This document shows positions 18,632-27,992 of a stretch of DNA of 55,535 bases, piece by piece; the first letter of the stretch is position 1; each line of letters starts with the position of its first letter. The stretch is from positions 1-55,535 of the IMG/VR virus record IMGVR_UViG_3300030677_000007. One strand, 5' to 3'. This DNA comes from a virus (Duplodnaviria > Caudoviricetes). Position numbers and translations under genes: made by a program. The notes beneath the pieces are model-generated. The model searched no databases. It was not told where the DNA came from and saw only the letters and a program-made list of their open reading frames with translations.

Positions 18632-20005
18632 CTACAGCGTCGGGGCGACGCGGGTGAGTCGACCGATCCACTCCGGGCCGCGGACCGCCAGGCAGGTGTC
18701 GGAGACGACCGCGAACGGCAGCGAGTCCGCGCTCGCGGTGGTCGGGTAGACGTCCTTCGGCTGGATGTCTCGCACGTACGGCCGCAGCACGTTGTCGCGG
18801 TCGCGGGAGGTCAGGTAGATGTCCTCCTGGCCCGTGCTGCGGGGCTTCAGGCCCGCGTTGGTGCCGATGTAGCTGGTCGGGCCCTGCGCGGGGACCTGCA
18901 CGCCGTTCTGCGGGACCAGGTAGGAGCCCGTGTCCACGATCGAGGTCGTGAGGATCGGCGTGATCTGGTCAGCCGCGAGCCCGACCGTCGCGTCTACCGC
19001 GCCCAGCAGCGTCTCCGCGCCTGAGGTGGTCGACCGGTAGAGCATGTAGTGCTGCGCGGTCGAGCTCTGGAACCCGGTCGGCGGGGTGAACGCCAAGGTG
19101 ATGGTGCTGGTGCTGCCGGTGGTGGTGACGGTCACCTCGGCGGAGGCGGCGGCCTCGCCCTGGCGGGACATGACGGGGGCGAGCTTGTAGTAGTAGGTGC
19201 CGGCCGCCAGGGTGCCGCCGGTGGTGGCCGGGGTGCCGGTGACGGTGCCCATGCTGTTGCCCTTGGTGCCCAGGTAGGACGAGCGCACGATCGGGATGTT
19301 GCGGTACGACGGCACGATCAGGCCCGGGACTACCTCGACGGTGTTCACGAACCGCTGCTGGTTGGTCAGCAGCGAGGACAGAGCACCCTCGGACGTCGAG
19401 CTCATGTTGAGCATCCAGTCCGGGTTGGTGACCTGCGCCGCGGTGTAGGACTCGACCATGTCGATGAGCTGGTTCAGCAGGCTGATGGAGATGTTCGACC
19501 CGGCGGCGTCCAGCGCGTTCTGACCCGCACTGCCGCTGGTGGTGAACTGGGCGATCAGCGAAGCGAGGCCGTCGAACTGCGGGTAGGGGCCGAACTGGGT
19601 GGCCCCGGCGTTGCCGGCCACGAGCATCTGCTCGGTGTCCCAGCGCAGGCCCTTGATCGCGCCCATGATTTCGCGGGCTCGCAGGTCACCGATGACGTCG
19701 GCGGTGACCTCTTCGGCGTAGCCGGTGACCGCGCCCACGACCTGGAGGTTCTTGATCGTGAACGAGCTCTGGAAGTAGTTGCCGACCGAGACCGCGCGGG
19801 CGCCGCCGTCGGTGACCGCGCCGCCGGAAGCCAGCTGGTTGCGGGTGTTGTAGTAGTACGTGGTCGTGTTGATCTTCTGCGACGGCAGGCACTCGATCAG
19901 GGGCGAGTACCGCTGGAGCAGTTCGAACAGGTTCGGGTCGATGACCTTGCTGACCAGCGCGCCAGCGCCGGCAGCGGTCAGGGCCTCGCGGAGTTCCGCA
20001 GACAT
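18632..20005 (-). CDS. Major capsid protein with inserted Ig/FN3-like domain
   Basis: Position after scaffold; FDGL motif; insert LAAGTYYYKL...YMLYRSTTSG. Confidence 0.85.
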   Translation of the reverse strand: MSAELREALTAAGAGALVSKVIDPNLFELLQRYSPLIECLPSQKINTTTYYYNTRNQLASGGAVTDGGARAVSVGNYFQSSFTIKNLQVVGAVTGYAEEVTADVIGDLRAREIMGAIKGLRWDTEQMLVAGNAGATQFGPYPQFDGLASLIAQFTTSGSAGQNALDAAGSNISISLLNQLIDMVESYTAAQVTNPDWMLNMSSTSEGALSSLLTNQQRFVNTVEVVPGLIVPSYRNIPIVRSSYLGTKGNSMGTVTGTPATTGGTLAAGTYYYKLAPVMSRQGEAAASAEVTVTTTGSTSTITLAFTPPTGFQSSTAQHYMLYRSTTSGAETLLGAVDATVGLAADQITPILTTSIVDTGSYLVPQNGVQVPAQGPTSYIGTNAGLKPRSTGQEDIYLTSRDRDNVLRPYVRDIQPKDVYPTTASADSLPFAVVSDTCLAVRGPEWIGRLTRVAPTL

Positions 20006-20019
20006 GGGGGTGCCTCCAG

Positions 20020-20110
20020 GGCAGGAATGGGTGGAAATGCGAAAGCCCCGCTCGGTGGCGGGGCTTGGCGACCATTCCTGCCGGTGTCGGCACCGCAGCC
20101 TGTGCTGCGG
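20020..20110 (-). promoter_or_regulatory. Structured leader of the capsid gene
   Basis: Inner stem 20043-20066 (loop CACCGA) enclosed by an 11-bp outer stem (20020-20030/20072-20082); another hairpin near 20094-20110. Confidence 0.55.
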
Positions 20111-20136
20111 CGGTCAGGTGGATCAGTGGGCTGGGG

Positions 20137-21735
20137 TCAGTCGTCGTCCAGGCTGTAGCGGCCGTTGGAGACCCAGTTCAGGAGTGCCTCGTTGCGGGCG
20201 CGGCGCTCGTCCTCGGGGGTTGCCTCGGCTGCGGCGCCGTCCTGCTCGCTGACGGCCCGGCCGCCCGGCTTCTCGGTCCGCATGCCGCGGCGCTTCGGGC
20301 CGGTCTGGCGGACCTCCTCGCGGAGTTCGTCGAGGATCTCGCCGCGCTTGGACTCGATGCCCTCGGCGACCAGGCGGGCGATCCGCTGGTCCTCGGTCTC
20401 GACAACCGGCGCGACCGGTGCCGCCTCCGCGACCGGCGTGCGGCCGGTCAGGAGCTGCTGGAACTGCTCGGCGGTCAGGGTGATGGACGGCGCGGGGGCG
20501 GCGGGTGCCTGCTCCGCGACAGCCGGGGACTTGGGCTCGCTCACGGCGGGCACCTCCTGTGTGGTCGGGCGGGCCCCGGCCGCAGGCGCGGGCGGGGACG
20601 GTGGCTGGGGCGCGGCTGCTTCGGTGACCGGCGCCGACGGCGCGGCCTCCATCTGGTTGTCGTTCGGCCGCTGACCGGCCGCCTCCATCGAGCTGTCGGT
20701 GTCGGCGGTGGGAGCACCGGGCACGTCGATGTCGGCATCCAGGTCCGGGTCCATGGCCTTGAGTGCCAGGCAGGCGGCTCCCATGGCGGCCTTCGCGATG
20801 ACCTCCAGCTCGGCGGGCTCGATGCCGTCGTACGCCGAGATGGACACCGAGATCGGGCCGTTGCGGGCGGAGATGGAGAACCCCGCGCCGCTGTCGCCCA
20901 TGCACTCGGTGACCTGGTCGTACGTGGCGTCCTCGGCCAGTGGCACCGCAGGGGTTGCGTCGGTCACGTCCACTCCGAACTCCTTGGCCGCGGACCGGAT
21001 GCGGCCCCGGGTTCGCTTCAACTGTTGTGCGGTGTAAGGGCGAGCTGTCTCGGCCTCATGGACCGCCCTCCACGCCGCGCGGATTCGCCGCGCGGTGTTG
21101 AGCGGGTAGCGCTTGACCTTGTCTGACAGGTATCCGACGTCGGCGTACGGCACGTCGCCGAACGGGGTCCGGGTGGTCTCCACGAGGACCTGGTCGACGG
21201 ACTCGAAGATGAGCCCGTCCCGGCGGGCGGCTTCGGTCGGGTCCTGGTCTTCGACAGCGGTGCTGGACTCGATACGGGCGTCGGTGACGCCCGGCCGGTC
21301 GGTGTAGTCCAGGCCGATGATCTCCAGGTCGTCAGCTGTCTCCGCGACGGTCCCGTCCGGCATCCGCACCCGGCGGGCCGGGCCGACCCAGCGGCCCCGG
21401 ATGCTGACGCCATCCAGGTACGCGGGCTCGTCGTCGTCGGTCGCCGTCAGGGCTGCGATATCGCGGCCCTTGGCGGTGTCGGCGACGTCTGCGGCGAACC
21501 GCACGGTGCCGTCGCGCTCCTGAACGAGCTTCGTGATGCGCCCGACCAGGTGGGTCGGGTTGCCTGCGCCGTCGTGGTGGGTGAACATCGTCAGCGGCCG
21601 GGCGCCGGGATCGGCCAGGCGCGCGGAGGCGCGCTCGAATGCCCGGCCGATGTTCTCGGCGGTGTAGAGGCGGCCGTTCTTGCTCACCCCGGGCGCCAGG
21701 GCGACGCCCCGGACGGTCGCGATGCGACGGGCCAT
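20137..21735 (-). CDS. Prohead protease/scaffold fusion with DUF6582-like domain
   Basis: SKNGRLY, TH..H, GVSIRG, GLDY...PGV protease motifs; YADVGY..KRYPL..IRAAW domain; Pro/Ala-rich scaffold tail. Confidence 0.8.
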   Translation of the reverse strand: MARRIATVRGVALAPGVSKNGRLYTAENIGRAFERASARLADPGARPLTMFTHHDGAGNPTHLVGRITKLVQERDGTVRFAADVADTAKGRDIAALTATDDDEPAYLDGVSIRGRWVGPARRVRMPDGTVAETADDLEIIGLDYTDRPGVTDARIESSTAVEDQDPTEAARRDGLIFESVDQVLVETTRTPFGDVPYADVGYLSDKVKRYPLNTARRIRAAWRAVHEAETARPYTAQQLKRTRGRIRSAAKEFGVDVTDATPAVPLAEDATYDQVTECMGDSGAGFSISARNGPISVSISAYDGIEPAELEVIAKAAMGAACLALKAMDPDLDADIDVPGAPTADTDSSMEAAGQRPNDNQMEAAPSAPVTEAAAPQPPSPPAPAAGARPTTQEVPAVSEPKSPAVAEQAPAAPAPSITLTAEQFQQLLTGRTPVAEAAPVAPVVETEDQRIARLVAEGIESKRGEILDELREEVRQTGPKRRGMRTEKPGGRAVSEQDGAAAEATPEDERRARNEALLNWVSNGRYSLDDD

Positions 21736-22550
21736 CAGTCCTCCGATCCGGGCTGCGCGGGTTGAGTCGAGCAGCGGCAGTTGGGGTGCAGCGGCGGTAC
21801 CGGCACGTCGCTGGCGAAGTAGGGGTTGCCGTCCTCGGCGTCCGCGCAGGTAGTGCACACGCTGCTGTCGCCGGCGGTGACGAAGTCGAACTGGACGACG
21901 TCGCGGGCGGTGTAGGCCGCGCGCATTCCGGTGTTGAAGGCCAGGCCGATGGCGGTTGACAGGACGAGGGTCCAGGCGAGGGCCGCGCGCACTGCGCCAG
22001 CGACCAGCTCGGCCAGGGCACTCGGAGCGTCGCCTGCGGTCACGGCCGCCAGGAGCTGGCGCGCGATGGTGGCGGCCAGGGCCTTGAGCGCGGCGGCGGC
22101 GACGTCGTACGCGGACGCGGTGGCCTGCGCGGCGTCGTCGCCCTGGTCGTCGCCGTCGTCGAGGGCGCCTTCGTCGTCATCGACTACCGCGTGTCCCGCC
22201 CGCTGCCCAGTGGCCCGGGCCCGGCGGAGTGCTGCCGCGAGCGCGGCAATCAGACCGGGCCAGGACCGGTGTCGGGTGAGCGTGGTGAGGCGGGCCAGGA
22301 CCGCAGCTGCGGTGACCTGGTGCAGGTGCCGGCGGCGAGCGGCGGCCGCCGCCGGGTCGCCGCCCACGGTGCCGCTGTTCTGCTGCACCGTGGTGATCAC
22401 GTCGTCCAGGTCCAGGCCCCGGGCGACGTCCTGCCACGCGGTGATGACGGACCGGTCGGCGGCCGCCTCCAGACGCTGACGCTGCTGGTAGACCGCGGCC
22501 CAGACGCCCGTCAGCTCGCCGAGCTTCAGCGTCGGCGGCCGGGCGCTCAC
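21735..22550 (-). CDS. Minor head morphogenesis protein (Mu gpF/SPP1 gp7-like)
   Basis: CxxC and PPLHPNCRC motif. Confidence 0.85.
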   Translation of the reverse strand: MSARPPTLKLGELTGVWAAVYQQRQRLEAAADRSVITAWQDVARGLDLDDVITTVQQNSGTVGGDPAAAAARRRHLHQVTAAAVLARLTTLTRHRSWPGLIAALAAALRRARATGQRAGHAVVDDDEGALDDGDDQGDDAAQATASAYDVAAAALKALAATIARQLLAAVTAGDAPSALAELVAGAVRAALAWTLVLSTAIGLAFNTGMRAAYTARDVVQFDFVTAGDSSVCTTCADAEDGNPYFASDVPVPPLHPNCRCSTQPAQPGSED

Positions 22551-22810
22551 TCCCGAGGCGGCCACGACCATGTGCCGTCCTCGTCACCCTCGTAGCGGGA
22601 CGGGGCCCAGTAGGTGGCCTGCCCGTCAATCAGCACCTGGAGGTTCACCATCCCGGGCCCCGGGGTGGTCCAGACACGGACGATGACGGCCGCGCACACG
22701 TCGCCGACGGCTGCGGGGTTGCGGTGTGCGGTCGGGAGCGCCTGGATGCTCGCCACGTCGTACTCGGCGAGGCGGTAGTGGACGATCTGGCCGAGCGCCG
22801 GAATGGGCAT
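22547..22810 (-). CDS. Small hypothetical phage protein
   Basis: GAGGAG RBS; GQIVHY...NLQV..DG...WSWP. Confidence 0.75.
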   Translation of the reverse strand: MPIPALGQIVHYRLAEYDVASIQALPTAHRNPAAVGDVCAAVIVRVWTTPGPGMVNLQVLIDGQATYWAPSRYEGDEDGTWSWPPRE

Positions 22811-22819
22811 GAGGGCTCC

Positions 22820-22984
22820 TCAGAAGATCGTTTTGGAGACCAGCGCCCAGGCCCCGGCGGCGGTCAGCGCGCCGTCGGGTGCCCGGTCCAGGCCTTCGCG
22901 GGGCGGCTCGGGCACGTCGCTGGCGGGCCCGGGCGGGTCAGGCGGCTGTGGCGAGGGCTCGTCGGAGTCGGTCCCGGAAGACAT
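22820..22984 (-). CDS. 54-aa hypothetical protein overlapping the portal 3' end (not in ORF track)
   Basis: GGAGGGGG RBS, ATG, MSSGTDSDEP...AWALVSKTIF; fills the gap to the next RBS. Confidence 0.5.
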   Translation of the reverse strand: MSSGTDSDEPSPQPPDPPGPASDVPEPPREGLDRAPDGALTAAGAWALVSKTIF

Positions 22985-24539
22985 CGGCGTCGTCCCCCTC
23001 CGCCTCGTAGTACTGCCAGTCGTATGCGGACTCCTGCGGCGGCCCGGACGGCGCAGGGGCCTGGCCCGGCACGGTCAGCTGCACGCCGCCCTGCGCGGCC
23101 GCAGCGGCCAGCGCGGGCGGTACCGGCTGCGGCGGTGGCGTCGGGGCCATGTCCAGGCCTTCGACCTGCGCCCCGGCTTGCAGGCCGGACGCAGCGGCCT
23201 TGGCCAGGATCGCCTTGGACATCACCGCCAGGTCGGCGACCAGGACCATGTTCTGGCGGTCGATGATCGCGGCGTCGTCGCCGCCCTTCACCGGGGGCTC
23301 GCCGATGTCCGCCCGGCCCCGGTTGATCGTCCAGGTTCCGTTGCGGATGCGGGTGTCGCGGATGCCCTCGATCACCTGGCTGTCGCGCATGTCGACCTCG
23401 CGGAGCTTCAGCGTCCAGCCCTTGATGCCGAACCCCTGGTCCGTCAGGGCGTAGTTCAACTTCTCCAGGATCAGGCCGCCGACGGGGCCGCAGGTGTTCG
23501 TCAGGAACGTCCGCCGCTGGCTGTCGCCGGTGCCGCCGCCGAGGTTGCCGCTCTCGATGACTCCGGCCTCGGCCGGTGGCACGCCGTAGGTCGACAGGAT
23601 CTCGTCCCGGGCCTCGCTCTTCGCCGCGCTGAGGTCCGGCAGCTTCGACGGCTGGAGCTCCACCACCGTGGCGCCGCCCTGGGTGATGATGGGCTCGCCC
23701 TTGTTCTTCGGGCCCAGGATCCTGACCCGAAACTGCTGCAACCAGCGCTTGATCGCCGAGTCGCTCATCGACTCGGGCATGTCGATGTGCAGCGTGGGCG
23801 GGTCGCCCTTACGCATCGTCTCCTTCAGCAGCCCGGCCGCGTACAGCCAGGTGGTGATGGGCAGCAGCGCCTTCTCTGTCGGACCCATACCGTGCAGGCC
23901 GCTGCGCGGGGTGTCGTTGGTGACGTGGATGATCTCGTGCGGATCGAAGTACGCCTTCTGGCCGTCCTCGGTGATCTGCACGTACTGCGTCACCACGCCG
24001 TGCGGGTCGGAGATCACGCGCATGCTCGCGGCGTCCAGGCTGTACAGGGCGATGGGCTCGCCTAGGAACCACACGACCTCCAGGTACGCGTCGGCCGCGA
24101 CCTCCAGGTCAGTGACCATGCCGCGCACGAGCTGCTGGATGTCCTCGGTGGGGTTGACGTAGTCCAGGAGCCGCTGGAGCCGCTGCACCTCCGGCGGCCG
24201 GGCGGGCTCCTCCTGGTCGCCCTCACCGGCGTCCGACGCCCAGTCCAGGTACAGGCCCCCGGCGGTCACGGTGCGGGCGATGGCGTCCACGCACGTCGAG
24301 GACCAGGTGCAGGTGGCGTACACCTGGTAGAGCTGCTGGAGCTGCTCGCGGCGGTCGCCGCCGAGGTCCCCTCCGCCCTGGTTGTTCTCGGTGGTTCCGC
24401 CACGGGGAATGCCGTATTCGTAGCCGCGCCGGGCGACCTGCGTGGCGGTCGGCCGGCCGTTGCCCACGGGCACGGTGACCGGTTCGGCCTCGCCGAAGGG
24501 CTTGGCGAATCGCTTCACGGCATCGATCACTGCGCCCAC
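22938..24539 (-). CDS. Portal protein (HK97-like)
   Basis: Follows terL; EIIH...G.GP, ILSTYGVPP, TINRGRADIG motifs. Confidence 0.92.
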   Translation of the reverse strand: MGAVIDAVKRFAKPFGEAEPVTVPVGNGRPTATQVARRGYEYGIPRGGTTENNQGGGDLGGDRREQLQQLYQVYATCTWSSTCVDAIARTVTAGGLYLDWASDAGEGDQEEPARPPEVQRLQRLLDYVNPTEDIQQLVRGMVTDLEVAADAYLEVVWFLGEPIALYSLDAASMRVISDPHGVVTQYVQITEDGQKAYFDPHEIIHVTNDTPRSGLHGMGPTEKALLPITTWLYAAGLLKETMRKGDPPTLHIDMPESMSDSAIKRWLQQFRVRILGPKNKGEPIITQGGATVVELQPSKLPDLSAAKSEARDEILSTYGVPPAEAGVIESGNLGGGTGDSQRRTFLTNTCGPVGGLILEKLNYALTDQGFGIKGWTLKLREVDMRDSQVIEGIRDTRIRNGTWTINRGRADIGEPPVKGGDDAAIIDRQNMVLVADLAVMSKAILAKAAASGLQAGAQVEGLDMAPTPPPQPVPPALAAAAAQGGVQLTVPGQAPAPSGPPQESAYDWQYYEAEGDDADVFRDRLRRALATAA

Positions 24540-26107
24540 GGAGACACCGCCACCTTCCCCCGCTGCTCGTCGGGATCGTCGTCGGATGTGTCCGGGTCTG
24601 GCGCGACTGCGTAGCGGCCGCCGAACGGCTGCTTGAGCTCGTCCTGGTGGGCGTGCGGCGCGGTCTCGTCGTGGATCGGGAACTTCGGGCCGCCGCCCAG
24701 ATTGATGAGCGCGTACCGCAGGGCGTCGGCCGCGTGGTCCGAGGCCGTCGAGTCGACGTCCTCCGGGTCACCGGTGGTAGCGAACGGCAACGCCGGGAGT
24801 TCTCGGGTCAGGTTCTCGCAGGTCCGGAAGACGTGCAGGCGCGGGCACTCGTCCCAGCCGAGCGCGCGGTGGTGCGCGCAGGCGGGGGCGTCACCGAGGT
24901 AGGAGCGCAGGCGCTGCCACCCAGCGACCCGGCCTCCCTTGCCGGCCTCGGTGAGGTGCACGCCGTGCTCGGCGTAGATCGAGGCGATCGGCCGGGCCGA
25001 GCCGCGGGTGGCCCACATCGCGTCGTCGGCCCACCGCGGTGCCACGTGCTCACCGGGGGCCTCGGCGGCGAGGATCCGGCGGGCCTGGTCCTCTTCGCCG
25101 ACCTTCGTCCTGTACGCCTCGCGGTAGACCCACGCGCGGCCGTCCTCGTCGACAGCGATCCACAGCGCGGCCCACGGTGCGGCGAAGCCCCAGTCGACGC
25201 CCATGACCCGGCGCCAGGTCGGCGGCAGGGTGATGGGGTCGAGGGTGTGCCGGTCGTGGGACCACTCGCCGAAGGCCTGGCCAAGGAAGCTGTCCCAGTC
25301 GCCGTCGAGGAACGCCCGGCGCAGTTGCTCGGGCAGGTTCCGCAGGTCGTCAGCGTACTCGGGGTTGACGTGTGGGTTGTCCGCCAGCTTGCTCGGGATG
25401 AAGCGGACGGTGCGGCCGCGCCGGTCGGTGATGACCCGTGCGCCGTACCCGGTCGAGTCGATGTACCTCGCCTTGACCGTGCCGTGCCCGGCGCCGCCCG
25501 GGTTGGTGCCGGAGCGGATCCCGAGGACCGGCCGGTCGGCCCGGCCGGACCGCAACCGCGACTCCAGGAATCCGCAGACCTCCGGGCCCGTCAGCGTGCG
25601 CTCGTCGAACAGGATCAGCTGGTACTGGCCGCCCTGGCGGCGGGTGGCGTCCTTGATGGTCTCGGCGTACCGGAACATCATCAGGCTGCCGTTGCCGAAC
25701 CTCAGCTCGTATTCGGTGCCGTTCCAGCTCGCGCCCAAGGCCTTCGCGTAGCCGACCTCTGCCAGCTCCGCGAGCAGCGACTCCTTCAGCTCGCCGTAGG
25801 TTCGCCGGAACGCGCCGACGCGGATCCCCGGGTGCCGCACACAGGCTCGGATGCCCTCCATCAGCAGGGCCTTGGTCTTGCCTCCGCCGGCCGCGCCGCC
25901 GTACAGGACGTCGAACTCGGTCGCCGAGTGAAAGTCGAGCTGGCGGGCGGTGGGCACGTAGCCGAGCAGGCCGAAGACATCGATCCGGCGGAGCCGTTCG
26001 GTCTCCAGCGCGCGGAGCTCACGCTTCGCCTTCCGGATCCGCAGCAGCGTCTGCCGCTTCGCTTCGAGCAGCGGCGAGTTGCTGCTCGACCTCGATGAGC
26101 GCGGCAT
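24527..26107 (-). CDS. terL: Terminase large subunit
   Basis: Walker A GGAAGGGKT, Walker B LILFDE, TNPGG, nuclease GVDWG and DHAADALRY; exact start uncertain. Confidence 0.95.
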   Translation of the reverse strand: MPRSSRSSSNSPLLEAKRQTLLRIRKAKRELRALETERLRRIDVFGLLGYVPTARQLDFHSATEFDVLYGGAAGGGKTKALLMEGIRACVRHPGIRVGAFRRTYGELKESLLAELAEVGYAKALGASWNGTEYELRFGNGSLMMFRYAETIKDATRRQGGQYQLILFDERTLTGPEVCGFLESRLRSGRADRPVLGIRSGTNPGGAGHGTVKARYIDSTGYGARVITDRRGRTVRFIPSKLADNPHVNPEYADDLRNLPEQLRRAFLDGDWDSFLGQAFGEWSHDRHTLDPITLPPTWRRVMGVDWGFAAPWAALWIAVDEDGRAWVYREAYRTKVGEEDQARRILAAEAPGEHVAPRWADDAMWATRGSARPIASIYAEHGVHLTEAGKGGRVAGWQRLRSYLGDAPACAHHRALGWDECPRLHVFRTCENLTRELPALPFATTGDPEDVDSTASDHAADALRYALINLGGGPKFPIHDETAPHAHQDELKQPFGGRYAVAPDPDTSDDDPDEQRGKVAVSPWAQ

Positions 26108-26471
26108 CCAGGGCCTCCAGCGTCAGCTCGTGCCGCTGGGGTGCGTCCAGGCCGAGGAGTCGTGCCCGCCGGTCCATCAGCCGGAGCGCGGTGTCGATGG
26201 ACTTGGTGTCGGCGTCGAGCACCTTCGGCCACAGGGCGTTCTGCATGGCGTCGAGCCGGTCGAGCTCCAGCTGCCGGTGGGCCTCAAGCGGGATGGCCAG
26301 CTTGGTGACGGCCTTCTCCAGCGCCCGGCGGACGTCGGTGTAGGCCGAAGCCTTGGAGTCGTAGCCGAGGGCCTGGGCGATGGCCGCCCAGGACTTTCCG
26401 GCGATCCGGAGCTGAACAGCGGCCCGGCGGCGCCCGGCGACCTGGGTCTGCTTCGCCTTGCTGGCGGGCAC
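26019..26471 (-). CDS. terS: Terminase small subunit
   Basis: N-terminal HTH, ELDRLD...RARLLGLDAP; precedes terL. Confidence 0.8.
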   Translation of the reverse strand: MPASKAKQTQVAGRRRAAVQLRIAGKSWAAIAQALGYDSKASAYTDVRRALEKAVTKLAIPLEAHRQLELDRLDAMQNALWPKVLDADTKSIDTALRLMDRRARLLGLDAPQRHELTLEALDAALIEVEQQLAAARSEAADAAADPEGEA

Positions 26472-26483
26472 CGGGCACCTCCC

Positions 26484-26951
26484 CTACCCGCGCGGGCTGG
26501 CCGCGCTGCTGTCCATCTCGCCGACCACCTCGATGTATGACGGCCGCTGCCCTCGGTCGACCGCCCGGAGGAACGCGAGCCGTGTCTCCGCGGGAACGCC
26601 AGGGTCGAAGCCGAAGATGATGCCGCCCGGCTGCGACGCGTCGTCACCGATGCTCTGCTTCAGGTAGTCCCGGGTCACGCTGCCCATGGCCCAGCGGGCG
26701 GCACGGATCTGCGCCTTCACGTCGGATAGGTCGGCAGGCGGCTCGGCCATGGGGACGTCCGCGTCCTGGTCCTCGTCGTCCAGGCGCTCGATCGACAGCA
26801 GGACGTCGGACCGGACGCCGTAGACCAGGCCAACGTCGCCGAGGAACAGAGCGAAGTCACCGACGGTGCGGATGCACTCGACGTCGTGGACGGTGTGCTC
26901 GATTTCGTGGCCGGCCGGGGCGGTGTTGAGTCGGAGCAGGTACGAGGGCAT
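26484..26951 (-). CDS. Hypothetical protein
   Basis: TGATG coupling with the upstream ORF. Confidence 0.6.
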   Translation of the reverse strand: MPSYLLRLNTAPAGHEIEHTVHDVECIRTVGDFALFLGDVGLVYGVRSDVLLSIERLDDEDQDADVPMAEPPADLSDVKAQIRAARWAMGSVTRDYLKQSIGDDASQPGGIIFGFDPGVPAETRLAFLRAVDRGQRPSYIEVVGEMDSSAASPRG

Positions 26952-27139
26952 CAGGACTCCGCTGGGGGTGAGGGTGGGGGTGGGGGTGTGAAGCCGAAGG
27001 GCTGCGGCTCGGGGTCCGGTCCCGGGTAGCTGTTGAGCAGCTGCTGGGCGATGGCTTCGGCCTCGCGGAGAAGCTTCCGGCTCGATCCCTTGGCCTGGAT
27101 GGTGACGTGGTTCTCGCCGCGCGAGACCTGGATCCGCAT
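26951..27139 (-). CDS. Small hypothetical protein
   Basis: Coupled to the downstream ORF. Confidence 0.55.
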   Translation of the reverse strand: MRIQVSRGENHVTIQAKGSSRKLLREAEAIAQQLLNSYPGPDPEPQPFGFTPPPPPSPPAES

Positions 27140-27147
27140 GGGGGTGC

Positions 27148-27375
27148 TCAGGAGTCGGCGTGGTGGTCGACGGCCGCCCGGACCGCGCTGTCCTTGGCCT
27201 CCAGGAGCCTGCGCAGGCTGACGGTGAGCTCGGTGCTGTCGGGGAGCTCGGTGAGGAGCTTCGCGGCCAGGTCGTGGAACAGCTTGCCGACGGGCTGGAG
27301 GTGCACGGGGAGGTGGCCGAAGGCGAAGTGGCGGGCGACGGCGACGGTGCTGGGGTGGCGGTCGGTGAGGTCCAC
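27148..27375 (-). CDS. Small helical-hairpin protein, possibly Acb2/Tad1-related
   Basis: AAGGAG RBS; F.F.HLP.HLQ...LA...LP.S.EL...LRRLLEAKDSAVRAA. Confidence 0.65.
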   Translation of the reverse strand: MDLTDRHPSTVAVARHFAFGHLPVHLQPVGKLFHDLAAKLLTELPDSTELTVSLRRLLEAKDSAVRAAVDHHADS

Positions 27376-27391
27376 GGTGCTGCTCCTTGGG

Positions 27392-27904
27392 TCAGATGGA
27401 GGGGGTGGAGGCGAGGATGGCGCGGATGTGCGCGGGGACGTCGTCCAGCTCGGAGGCCGGGATGCCCAACTGTCGGGCGAGGTCGTAGAGCGTGGTCCGG
27501 CCGAGCCAGAAGCTGGCGCGGGCGTCCCGCTTCGCGTTGATGCGCTCCTGGCCGGACTGCGGGGACGGCGGCTGGACGGCCATCGGCCGGCGAGCGTGGA
27601 CAGCGCGGGCGACTGCGCCGTACGACGGCCGCCGGGGCGGGACGGGCCAGGCCCGGGCGGCGTCGCGGGAGTGGGCTCGGCGCTGGGCGCGAGTGAGCAT
27701 GAGGGTGCTCCTTGGTGAGGTGAGGGTGGGCCACTCTTCGCAGAGGCGGCACGGTTCGCCAGCGCCGCACCCGCACGCGCCATGCGTGCAGGGGACGGAC
27801 GAGGTGGCGGCGGCTTCGCAGCACAGCGGCCCCCACGGGCGGTTTGGGTGGTTCTCGCAGACGTGGCCTGTGTCGGCGCAGGCGGGACAGGCCGACATGG
27901 TCAC
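27392..27904 (-). CDS. Cys-rich Zn-finger ORF fused in frame to a basic ORF with its own internal start (27700)
   Basis: CPAC..G.VCENHP...CGCGAGEPC..C; internal AAGGAG-N7-ATG. Confidence 0.55.
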   Translation of the reverse strand: MTMSACPACADTGHVCENHPNRPWGPLCCEAAATSSVPCTHGACGCGAGEPCRLCEEWPTLTSPRSTLMLTRAQRRAHSRDAARAWPVPPRRPSYGAVARAVHARRPMAVQPPSPQSGQERINAKRDARASFWLGRTTLYDLARQLGIPASELDDVPAHIRAILASTPSI

Positions 27905-27918
27905 CCCCTGCGTTGTCG

Positions 27919-27990
27919 CTGGCTCGGCAGGATTCGAACCTGCGCGCCCCGAAACAGGTCGGGAGCTCTGCCGCTGAGCGTTACGAGCTG
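27919..27990 (-). pseudogene. Degenerate tRNA-like element, anticodon ambiguous (GTT or TGT)
   Basis: Intact T arm GCAGG-TTCGAAT-CCTGC and D arm GCTC/GAGC; only a 5-bp acceptor stem and a 6-nt anticodon loop CCTGTT. Confidence 0.65.
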
Positions 27991-27992
27991 CG

